A stretch of 63,836 nt of DNA, the filler included, from Choristocarpus tenellus KU-1152 (taxonomy: Eukaryota > Protista > Phaeophyceae), in the NCBI GenBank assembly GCA_964200185.2. It is 9 parts of 9 records of this genome, joined end to end, with 100 filler letters (N's around TTAATTAATTAA, not from the genome) between each part and the next. Parts side by side here need not be neighbours in the genome. Positions count along the whole stretch, not along the records: positions 1 to 19,464 come from CAXNAD020000464.1; 8 more parts are not named here. One strand, written 5' to 3'. Shown piece after piece: positions 1-11,383 of the stretch. Made by a program: the position numbers and the translations under genes. Under the pieces are notes generated by a model. The model worked only from the letters and a program-made list of their open reading frames with translations. It was not told the origin of the DNA and searched no databases. Positions within the stretch are counted from its first letter, which is position 1; every line of letters starts with the position of its first letter.

Positions 1-796
1 CAAATGGACAGCCGCCACCCCCTCCCAGATACTTTGAGCCACATCTATGTGCAAAAAACCTCCTCCTCTTATTGGTCATTTTGGCTCTTGATGCTGTCCC
101 CTCTAGCTCTCCTGTATGAAGCAGGGACACTACCCAAGAATAGCAAACAGTGTGTGGCACCTGGTTATATCTCCACTGAAGAGAAGTTCGACTCTCTTCC
201 CCCCTCACCCTCTCAAAGTTCAGTTGGGCCTGGATGGATGGTGAATACACCCAGGAAGGAATGGTGGCCATTGTGAGATAGACACAGGAGTTGGACTCCC
301 CTTGGTGGATTCTTGATGCTGCCATATCTGAAATGTGTAGAACCCTCACGAAAAAACTTCTGCCAATATTAATACCACTAAGAAAAAAAATCATCATATT
401 GACTGCTACATTTTGTCTGGGTCCATATCCAACTTCTCAGCAGTCAAAAACCAAGTGATTCTATTTAACCAACGCCATGGGTGAGCTGATACCTGTTCCG
501 CTTATCATGTTTTGAGAGGCATTATTTTATGCCATGTCAAAACATCAACTTCCACACAAGATAATGATCAATATTCCCATAAATAGTTTGCACATGTATG
601 CACAGAATATTGGTGGATGTTCCATGTGTCGGGCCATCCTTTGGTCTAAATTGACTCAGCAGGAACATGCAGGGATCACATATTAACAGTTGCAGTAATA
701 TTGTTTTGATACTGCAGTGATGCTATGCTGGGTGGGCTGTGACATCCAAACATCCTACCAGGTCCGTCTTCCACAAGGAATCCATCAATCAACATC

Positions 797-1056
797 GAGC
801 CAAAGTATCTTAGAGGGTAGAGCCACGTCCATTTGGGGGCCAAAATCCAATTTTACGATTTTGATGTAATTTTGACTATCGTGTATGTTAGGAAGTGTCA
901 ATATCCTTGTACCGGACCCACCTTTTCATAGCGTAAACATTTTGCCTACTCCGAAATTACTTTGGAGTGGGAAAATGTCATAAAAAACCCCGAGGGAAGT
1001 CAAGCCCCAAATGGACAAACAGGGCAAAACTTGTACCCTCTAAGATACTTTCACTC
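797..1056 (+). mobile_element. MITE family A (~260 bp)
   Basis: TIR GAGCCAAAGTATCTTAGAGGGTA...TACCCTCTAAGATACTTTCACTC; CATC duplicated on both flanks. Confidence 0.85.
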
Positions 1057-1117
1057 CATCTTGAACTTTCTTTCACATTGTAGAAGAAGTTAGAACCAAC
1101 GAAACACAGTTCCTCAC

Positions 1118-4100
1118 TTGATCAGCCTTTTGTTGTCGACCCTACTTGAGTATATTGTTGTCCAGAATGGCGTTAAAGTGTCAATAAAATAAGCAAACCT
1201 TAGGATTACCACCAAAAAAAAAAATCACTCAAGGAGTAAAGTGAGAGATGTTGAGGGTCAAATTCATGCTACTAACAGAAAGGAACCCCCAATGGTTGGT
1301 ATATGTGCTTTTATATTCTCAACACATGTCTTGCAACATATACCCTACCCCTGTAGTTGGTGTTAACATGAGTTTGTGTTGCTGTCCTCTATGCTTTCAA
1401 AGGACACCATGGCCCATAGTATCCTAGAAGGGGATTTGCTTAGCCCAGGTGAACACTTCATGGGGTGTTGTACGATAACCCAATCTGATGTCCGACCCAA
1501 AGCATTTAAGAGGGTAGGGTCACGTCTGTTCGGGGACATAAATCCAACGTTCAGTGAAAGTATCTTAGAGGGTATGAGTTTTTCCCTGTTTGTCCATTTG
1601 GGACCTGGCTTCCCACGGGTTTCTTATGACATTTTGCCTTCTCCAAAATGTTTTGGAATAGGTAAAATGTATACGTTATGAAAAGGAGTGTCCGAAATAA
1701 GGATATTGACATCTCCTAACAAACATGATAGCCAAAATTGCATCAAATTGCAACATTGGAGTTTGACCCCAAATGGACACGGCTCTACCCTCTAATATAC
1801 TTTGACTCTGTTTTGGCTACGGTGTTAGTTAGCAAGTGTCAATATCCTTCCTCTGGACACGCCTTTCATAGTTGTATACGTTGTAGGTAACTGTGTTCAA
1901 ACAGAAAACCAAAAAAGGGCATATAAAACCCCATGGGAATCCAAGTCCCGAATGGACAAGCAGGGCAATACTTCTACCCTCTTAGATGCTTTGAGTCTCC
2001 GTTTTGCAGGTGATTTCCCTTCAGAATTGGTGTAGGTAAGGGGATGGAGGAAGAAGGTGCATTCCAATGAAAGAAATTACCCTTACATCTGTCATGTTCA
2101 CTCACATGGCATGAAATCGCTACAGATTCATACATAGGCCGACCCCCCCTCTGGATACTACAGGATCATCTCCAGGTATTTTCAAGAGTTGATTCTGTTG
2201 TACATTTAGGGTTGTATGGTAGTTGTGGAGTCATGATGGTTTTGCCGCTGGGTGTCTATTTGAGGTAGCACAGCATCTTTAGAGGAAAAAACATCTTCCA
2301 CACGCATCAGTTAAGATGTGAAATATTTGTGCAATCTTTCAAGAGAAGATGCTGTATGTATCAACATGTCCGATTTCCCCTAAGCACACCTCCAACACAT
2401 CTTTCTCCAACTCAGCAACCACTGCTAGCTCCCGTAGCTGCACTGCCGACTGCCACTCCTTGCCTTGCTCCTCCATCAGTCGGAGCAACTTCAGGGACAC
2501 TGTGCCCCAAGAACATGAATCCATGTCGACATGAAGAGAGTACATTTGGAGGCAGAGAGTAGGCAGCACGGAGTGCTGAGAGCCATTGATGGAGGATAAA
2601 TGGACAGTTACAAAGTTTCAGCTTGCTTCTAGGTGAAATATTTGGTGAGTGAACTTCGTGACACAGAGTAGTCTAGGTTGCGATCATGTCTTACAGATAC
2701 CGCATTGACCCAAAGTATCTGAGGGAGGGGCGGTATACACCAGGGCGTCCATTTGGGTCAAAACCAGGAAAAGTGCACTTACATTATCCATCCGACGTAT
2801 GCAACCAAATTGCACACAAATTGTGACATGAATAAATTGACCCCAAATGGACAGCCGCCCTCCCCCCCCCAGATACTTTGAGCCATTGTCCTAAACTGGA
2901 GAGTGGTCAATTTCAGCACAACAGTGGTATTAGGGACCTAACGAGCAGTCATCTATTCCAAGACCAACTTGAATATGACTCACCCTAATATGAATATGAT
3001 CTACCTTGGGGATATTTTCTGAAGTGTAGTAGTAGACACCCTATTGTCAAGGAGGTACTACGTATCACCTGGATATTCAATGGGCGTGAGGAAACATTGT
3101 TTTCGACTCTTGTTCCCCCACTACCAATCGATTCCCCTCAAGTATAATCCCACAGCTATCAAATCTCTCTCCTCTTTGATCTCACTGGCACGAAAACTGA
3201 TTTTTACTCCAGTGTTGGAGTAAGCAGGAGTTTGTGCTAGTGTCCATAAGAGGAGATCAACTACAACACTTTTGCAGTGTGCTAGAGCCAAAGCACAACC
3301 AGGACATTCTTGGAAGCTTGAGGGTATGCATTAGCTGAAATTTGGAAAGGGAACTAGACGTAAGCATACAATACTTTCTGGCAGCTACCTAACAAGTATA
3401 TTTGGCTTTTAATTAGGGTGCTTGAAAGCACAGTAGTGTAATAAATTTTCCAATGCCTTTATGGGTCTCTGTGTTTCAGCCTTCAGCTCAGGTTCATACG
3501 GTTGCACAGCAGCAATGGAAAAGTAAGCATGATTGGATTATACATTCAGTGAAGCACCTGCGCAGAGAACTTACCATTTGCTGACTCCGCTTGGAGGAGT
3601 TTCATGCCCTGAGTCAATTCCTCAAGCTTCTTCAAAAGTTCCTTCAATACCATCAGTAGGGGAGGAAGGGTAGAGGGTGGACGCACAGATGAATATGTCG
3701 CATAGGGCGTTGTGGTCATGTACATTCAGCGGGTGTTTGTCACTAAAAACGCATAATTTCTAAGAAATCCTGCCCACTCTAGTGTTGTCTCAATACAGGA
3801 AAGGTGATGCCTTTGCAGTACCCTCAAGCACATTTGGTGCAATGCAACGTCTCTCATTGATCCCGTGTTGCTTTTGTGAAAGGTAATGTAAGGATTGAGA
3901 ATTGAGCGATGGACTAGGTGGAACATGGCAAATTCGACAGAGTTAAGGCAGCTCATTTTCGCTCTATGAGGACATAGAGGATAAATTTACTAAGGAATAC
4001 GAGGTACGGCATAGTGGGGAGAGCACAGAAACATTAAGGACTGTATTGAAGGTTTGACATCTGATCGATGGTCATCTTAGCATATTCCAGACTCAAACTG

Positions 4101-4884
4101 AACTAATGCACCTGTGCGACAACGACAGTGTGTCCGAAGAGATAGCTCCAGTCCACAGATGGTACATCCTCAATCCTCACCAGTGTGCCATTTGGTAATA
4201 CTACTGGGAGAACGAAACTTGTGAGCGCAGCTCCCATCAGCCGGTCAACTTCTGATGGCAGAACCCCAAGCTGGCGCCTTCCCACACGCCTGTCGTATTT
4301 GAAGGTGTACCGGCAAAGGTGGACCTTACACACAAGTCGTCAGCACAAAGTGGGCGGGAAACGCATTTTATGGATCCTGGCAAATATGATTTACTGAAAT
4401 GCTTTGGTGTTATGGGAAGGACAACATCCGCTCAACAAATTGAGGTGTAGAATCGAGTGTTCACCTCTCACGGCATCGCACTGTTTCGGTGCTTGTAAGC
4501 AGGATAAATTAACACTATCGAAGAGCTGGACATATCTCATAGACAGACCTTTTGTAGTATTTCCCAGCTCGAAATGGAATTTGCTCTGTCGATGACTACG
4601 TACGGGACCCATGGATCTTCTTCCCTGTCCCCTTTTTGGTAGCTTTTGCCCTCCCCATCCCCTTGCCCCTCTGTTATGCCCTCAGATTGTGGCTGACTCG
4701 TGGCAATCTCGTTCTGTTGGTGTAATTCTTTCACTTCTACTGGTCCCTGGGCAGACTCAGAGGAATAAAATTCGCCATTGACAACTGTGCAAACCAACAC
4801 AAGCACCGAGAAAAGGATAAGATGCTTGTAGCCTTGCCGTTGCCAGAACAGGCAAAAGCATTTCCTCCGCCCCATCAATGCCAT
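1118..4884 (-). CDS. Multi-exon gene, 3' end not located (probably beyond the left edge): hydrophobic leader + Peptidase_S74/ICA-like domain + coiled coil
   Basis: Phase-consistent GT-AG exons are 4884-4549, 4324-4112, 3641-3575 and 2499-2390, plus tentatively 1141-1118. The joined product reads ...ISSWEILQK|VHLCRYTFKYDRRVGRRQLGVLPSEVDRLMGAA...PNGTLVRIEDVPSVDWSYLFGHTVVVAQ|ELLKKLEELTQGMKLLQAESAN|VSLKLLRLMEEQGKEWQSAVQLRELAVVAELEKDVLE. This fits the S74/MYRF-ICA pattern (LxxYxYK...GxIAQEV...V.Y..L....AxQELxKxxEEL). N-terminal hydrophobic stretch: LILFSVLVLVCTVVNG. Confidence 0.75.
1413..2164. mobile_element. Nested MITE cluster: family E containing A' (1494-1997) containing A (1552-1808, reverse)
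   Basis: Outer termini CCCATAGTATCC / GGATACTACAGG. A' termini GACCCAAAGCATTTAAGAGGGTAG / CTACCCTCTTAGATGCTTTGAGTC with TCC TSD. The inner A copy is inverted. Uninterrupted relatives lie at ~8578-8700 (E) and 34176-34424 (A'). Confidence 0.75.
2707..2884 (+). mobile_element. MITE family B (~180 bp)
   Basis: TIR GACCCAAAGTATCTG-G-run...C-run-CAGATACTTTGAGCC; ATT TSD. The end of another copy occupies 1-40. Confidence 0.85.
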
Positions 4885-5134
4885 AGATGGCAGAGACCAG
4901 GGTTTCGTGCAATTCGATCCCCCGTATGTTTAATGGTCCTATGTCAGCCCTACTTCAACTAACTGCAAACGAAGATTTCGAGCCCAATCTCTCATCTTTG
5001 GTTCGGACATTTTCTTGACGTTTCGTGTAACGGCCACAAAAGACATCCAACGAGAAGGAGAGAAGTGCAACATAATGCAGTGGAAGCCTTAAGTGATACC
5101 AAACGTATGTAACTAATTCTCGATAATAAGCAGG
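4885..5134. promoter_or_regulatory. Putative bidirectional promoter (S74-like gene / GH47 gene)
   Basis: Divergent ATGs at 4884 (-) and 5135 (+), separated by 250 bp. Confidence 0.55.
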
Positions 5135-8100
5135 ATGATGACCCCAGCGATTCTAAGTCGCTGTGTGTCAATGGTTGTTTTTCTCGGTCCCGCACTCGCA
5201 AGCGTTTCCTCAAAGCGCATGGGGGACAACGCCATGGCCAACGCGGTGTTGGTCCATGAAATACGATCCCCAGGGACTTCGACGAAGGGACAAGAGCGTG
5301 GGGAGAGTCCATCAGATAATAGAACATGTGGCGATAGGGACAAGTGCTCGATTATTGACTCAGAGAACCTAAGGTATCTTGCCGCAGGCTTAGAGGAGTC
5401 TTCGACAATTCAAGGGGTGGATGCACGAAAAATGCAAGTTCTGGTGAAGGATTCGGAAAGCTACGTTGGAAGGGGGAAATCGGATGGGATGGAAATAGTA
5501 TCAGCGAATGGAAGTAAAGGATCCGGACAGAAAGTTGAAGACGAGGGCGTTGAAAAGACCGACAATGAATTAGCACAAGAAGAGAAATTGGCCTCCAACC
5601 TTGTTGAAAGTGCACGGAAGGAAGAACACTGGTGTGGGCAAGGCGAATTCCGCCGCTTGTGCACTAACGGGGAGCGATGCTGCAATGAAAGCTGCGGCAT
5701 ATGTGCTACAAAAGAGAATGCCTGTGTCCAGATCACTTGTGGCATCCTCAACCGTTGGGATAGCCAGGTAGAGTTCACGAATATATTTGCTTTGATTGGG
5801 TAGGTGGGAAGAAAGTTTACTGGGAGCAGGGATCCTAGCCGTAATTTTTCCTAGGACCATGTGCAATGCCAGCATACACTATGTTTAGAAGGGAAACAAC
5901 CACACTTCTGTCGATTTTAGTACAGTACAGCTGCACTCATATAAAGCCACAAGGGGGGATGGACAACCATGTTGTGACATTGCGGTTACAAGTCATCATG
6001 ATATCACACTCTTTGATGTATCTGTGGTTCAAAGTATCTGGGGGGGGCAAGCGGCTGCCTATTTGGGGCCAATGTTTTCATGTCGCAATTTTTGGATGAT
6101 CTGGTTCCATACCTAGGATGGATAATGAAAGTGCAATTTTCCTGGTTTTGGCCCAAATGGACACCCTGGTGTAGACTCCCCGCCCCCCCCCCCCCACCAG
6201 AAACGTTGGGTCTGTGCTCAGATGGCAACTTTTCTACGAATGTGCAAAGTAGGTCTCTACTTCTGGCAGTGCTTTGCACCAAATTTAACGAGTGACTGGC
6301 TCTACAACTACCACAGTGCTCCAGAATTTTGTTACTGACATAGTGGAATTGGGTTGACTATTCCACTGCTGCAGTACCAATCACCCAGAGATTTGCGAAA
6401 TGAGAGACATGAAGTCATTGCTATATCCCTTGCTGAGGACACCACACTCCCTGCCAAGGATCGCCTATTGAAGCTGCAGGGCGAGAGATCGGAGCTGTTC
6501 CAACATGTCAGTGTCAAGGGTCTGAAAAGACTGATATCTCAGGTTTGTGATACAGAGGAAGTTACTCCGGGTTAAGTCAAGCATAGCACAGACGATAGTA
6601 CTGCATCAGTTGAGTGAAGAGGTTGGGATAGGTCAATGACAACAAATTCAAATTTGATGGTCAAAGCTCTTTGCTTCATGCGTGCCCTTGAGGACCCTAA
6701 GCTCCCTTTCCTCTGCTGTTTAAGCTGAACCAACCATGACTTTCACAACTGCAGGTCATGGGTCCACCTCCATTGTCCACGAAAGTTAGCGTTGGCAGGG
6801 TGCTCGAGGTTTCTGTACGGGACACTGTAGTGGCTAAATCTCCTCTAGAACAACACTCCCCTAGTCCACCAAGGCCTGCCCTTGTCCAAGATGGCAGTGT
6901 TGGTATGAGCCCAATTAAGAGCAATGGAACCCCCCAGCACAGGAATCAAATGTCTTCGCCAGACATGCAAAATTCTGCACGAACAAACTTGGCACAGAGA
7001 ACGAGAAGGAGGGCCAATGGCGGTGGATTGGAAAGGCACGATGCATTGCAACCTTTGTTTGGGGAGATTACAGAGGCAGGAGGTGCAGAGGACAAATATC
7101 AACTTAACCGTACAGCAAGTGAAAATGTTCAGACATCAACAGGGTTGAGGGGTGTGGACCTACTCTCAGCCATGGATGGTACGCTTGATAGAGAGGTGGG
7201 TTTAGTGTACTCTTCTTGGACACTTCATTCTCTACAAAAAAAAAGAGGTAGTGGCGTATTTCACTCCTAGATGTGTTTCTTTGGGTAGGAGGACCGGTTA
7301 TGGGATAGTCGTGGTGGGCGGTAAATAATCCCGTGCTAGAAACAATTTGTTCACGTTGCATCACTGACACAAGTAATTCTCCCTACAGATCTGTAGTACC
7401 TGCTGGAGTGCCCTGTTCACTTTTGTTTGTTTTAACAAAACATGACGTAATTGCACAAAACGGAGTATCACAACACTGGAATATATCATGTTTTGTGAAG
7501 ACATACATATATAGTTCGAAAGCAATCCCTACCTTGACCTTGGAAATGTCAGGCCCTATGTCCTATCTTCCACCCGACAACATATCTATCTGCAGGTCTC
7601 AAAGAAGATGATGGACGAGAGTGACAAGCTAGGCACAGAGAGGGCAAACGCAGTTAGAGCAGCAATGCAGCATATATGGAATGGCTACAAGGCACATGCA
7701 TGGGGCCGCGACGAGGTGATCGAGACTCTACCTCAGGGTAGGGGTTGGGATTGAGAAGTGAATTGCAGTATGGATATGTGTGTCTGTATGACTTTGTTTT
7801 GGAGGGAGTGGCATTGTGATCCTTCAGGAATAGTCTTATGTGAACATAATACCATGTGTAGATAGGTTCGAGGGCACTATACACTACTCACAACACACTA
7901 GATTGTGTTGTGCAAAAACTACTCTTAAAAAAAAAAAAAGGTCCACTGCTACAAACCCCGCTCATCTTAAATATATTGCTTACCTTGAAATCGCCACAGT
8001 GCTACATAGTGTGTACACTTCTTGTACACATAGCATTAGGACACGAAGAATATGTTCATAGAGGGCATGATGTACCTAAGTATTCCAGCAGTACTCAAGA

Positions 8101-11100
8101 ATACCAAGTGCTGTTCAGTTCCTTTTCTTTATGCAACAAATAGAATGCCCCATGTCTCTGAACTGCTTGCCTCTCCCGTTAAGTATCACACATTCCGTTG
8201 AATATATATCTCATTCTCTTCATGAAATTATTTGAGTTGACCTCCTGTCCCATCCTTTCCACTGCATTGCTATATTGTCAAGAAGCAGTACCTCCCAATT
8301 TCCACGGTGAGGAGCCTGGTTCCGCGATCGCTTTTTTGTGTTGCTATGTCACTGTCACTGCCCACTAGCCTCCTTCACATGATATCAATCAGCACTCCTA
8401 CCCGTAACTCAAGAGCATATATTTTCCGTTTCAAGGTGAAGCCACTTGGAAAAACTGGGACCGACAACTGGGGAGGGATGGGTGTTACACTTGTTGATTC
8501 ACTGGACACTCTCTGGCTCATGGGGATGAAAAAAGAGTTTTATAATGCCAGGTTAGAATGGATTGCGATATATTTGGGGCATGGTATCCTGGAGGGGGGG
8601 ACGTTTAGCCCAGGTTGTCCATTAAGAGCTTGATGAGGTGTTGTAAGATATACCCCTGTTGGATGAACCTTTTGCTGGTGATTTTCCATTAAGCTTGGTT
8701 CACTATGTTGTTGTCCAGAACAGATAAGCTTTATGCCTCCCTAGATCATGCTCTAGGGGGCCAACTACAGTTTACGTTGAAGAAAGCAACTTGCGGAGAA
8801 GTCACATATTTTTAGAGAACCCTCAGTCTGCAGCCAAATGCTCTGTAAACAGAATTGGTTTTAAAGCTTTTGTGGTACTGTGACATATATCCTTACTATT
8901 TGGGCCAGAGTGGTGTATTAGTGCTTGGACCATGTTTATGGCAGCGAGCAAAACAGTTGATAAGACTTGTAGTATTCTATTGGGGACCTGTGTGACCCTG
9001 TAGTGATCTGTCCGTTTCAATTGAGCAAGCGTGCCAGATGTAACTGTAATTTCCTTCACCTGAACGCACCTTCTGAGGAGCCAAGTGAAAAAAAGGGGGA
9101 CTAACCAACTGTTCATGGGCCACGTGCTAGAGCTATGGTCAAATCCTTGACCAGTAGGGCTTGTGTTGTTTTCAAGGGTTACTCTGATCCGAACCCATGG
9201 TAGATTCAGGATGGAAGGGATTCTCATGTGCTTAGGATTAGGGTTGGTCTTGGGAGCCGGCCTATGATGAAAAGATTGAAAAATCGTCTTGTGGGTTAGG
9301 GATACTCATGGCAATAGCCAAGCCCAATTCTATCATCAGATTATTTTTTAATCAATATTTGCTCGCATATTTTTATCATTCTGAGATTTTCATTTGGACT
9401 GGTCCAGCGGACTTTCCAGAGTGTTATTCTACTAGAATGACTGTTGTATCATACAAATTCACCGCAATTCCGATAAGATAAAGTTGGAAGTGTTGGTGTG
9501 GAAAGGGACATCTCCCCAGCAAATGAAGAAGAAACAATTTGGAGGTAGCACTGAAAACATTGCGCACTAGCCACATTTGAAATATCCCTGCAACTGAAAC
9601 GAATTTCAAGCCCTCATAAGCTCGATCATAGACCACCAGTACCCTGCAAAAGCACACCCTACTGTTCAGTTCTACATCCTAGAACTCCTTACCCTCCCTT
9701 GACTCCTCTCACCAGAGCTCTGTACTGGCCCACCACATTGCTCATTCCCTTACTCTCCATATCTATCGTGTCAGAATGAGACTTGCCCCCCTTGGCCCAT
9801 CATATCTGTGACTCTCCTTGTGTACTGCAATTCAAATGTCGCCTCAGGGACTGGGTGCGTGATCAACTGACCTTTGACAATGCTGGGAGTGTGAGCGTTT
9901 TCGAGACAACCATCCGTGTACTTGGAGGCCTCCTCTCGGCTTATGACCTCTCCAAAGACCATGTGTGCAACACTCAGTCCATGAATCCACTCTTGTCAAG
10001 GTCTTTGCCCATGTTCCTGTTACCTTATTCTGTCCGTTCTCATACAGTCATCATATGTTGGGTGTGCCAGTAGACATATATTGACATCATACTCTGGAGT
10101 ATAAAATAGCTTTATCAAGACCAGTTTTCAGATTTTGAGTCAAAGAATCCTAGAGGGGGGTAGGTCTTAGCCTATATGGATCACTAAGGCATTTTCAACC
10201 TTGTGCCTTGCACCCCGATTCTATCATGAAATACAAAGATAAGGAAGGTGTTGTCATATTCAAGGTAATGCATTTGAACGAACACATGTTGAAGAGGCCT
10301 GGACGAAAAATACTCCCAATAAGTCCAAAAATTGCAAGACTCTCTCCACAAATTCACTTGATTCATCTGTAGCCACCTCCAGGATACTACAACCTTTCAG
10401 CCACGGTTCTGATTTAGAGAAGAGATTTTGCCTGTGTATGCTGGTAGGTGGACAGAGTCCAAGTATCTTAGAGGGTAGAGTCACGTCCATTTGGGGGCCA
10501 AAATCCAATATTGCGATTTTGAGGAAATTTGGCTATCGTATTTGTCAGGAAGTGTCAGTATCATTAGTTCCACAAACACCTTTTCGTAGCATAAGCATTT
10601 TATCTACTCTGAAATGTTTCAGAGTAGGTAAAATGTCATAAAATAACCCATGGGAAGCCAAGCCCCAAACGGACTAACAGGGCAAAACTCGTACCTTATA
10701 AGATACTTTCACTCACAATCCATACACTAGGACGTAAGTATGAAGGAGTATGGCAAGATGACACTGTCATACTGGAAATTACTGTGTTTTGAACAATGTT
10801 TCATGTCGAAAGCTACAAGGACTTTCTGTATCAACATCTTGCACTTGAGTGCCATCCAACATGAACATAAATATTTGCTGGGCTCTGGTTAATAGGATTG
10901 ATCTTGCTCAAGTTTGTTATCATTTCTACCAGACGTCTCTTCAAATTATACCCAAGACCACAGACCTCTATGTATGTCTGGTTTTCCATATTCACAGGTG
11001 TTTCTTGAACGTGCAAAGGAGCTTGCAGACAGACTCTTACCGGCCTTTGAAAGTGCTACTGGGCTTCCATACAGGATGGTAAATTGTGGAATATGTGAAA

Positions 11101-11342
11101 GTGTATTGCCTTCCCTACAATATAGCAGAAAGATAGGGGTTGAACCCCCACCCTATTGTGCTCACAGTGCACTTTGTCAGACCTCTTAACTTAAAATCGA
11201 AAAGTGTGCCCAATCCTCTTGACTTGTACCACATTTTTGTGTTCTATTTCCTAGGTTCATTTGAGCTCTGGAAAGACAGGCAATGCAGGTGGCAGTGTGC
11301 TATCGGAACTGGGTACTCTTCAGGCAAGAGAGAGAGAGAGAT

Positions 11343-11383
<41 letters not shown>

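Noticed and set aside
1376-1681. Short ORFs sharing SFSLFVHLG.GFPRV.Y (also 11726-12010 and similar)
   Set aside because: Chance frames through MITE family A, not a protein family.
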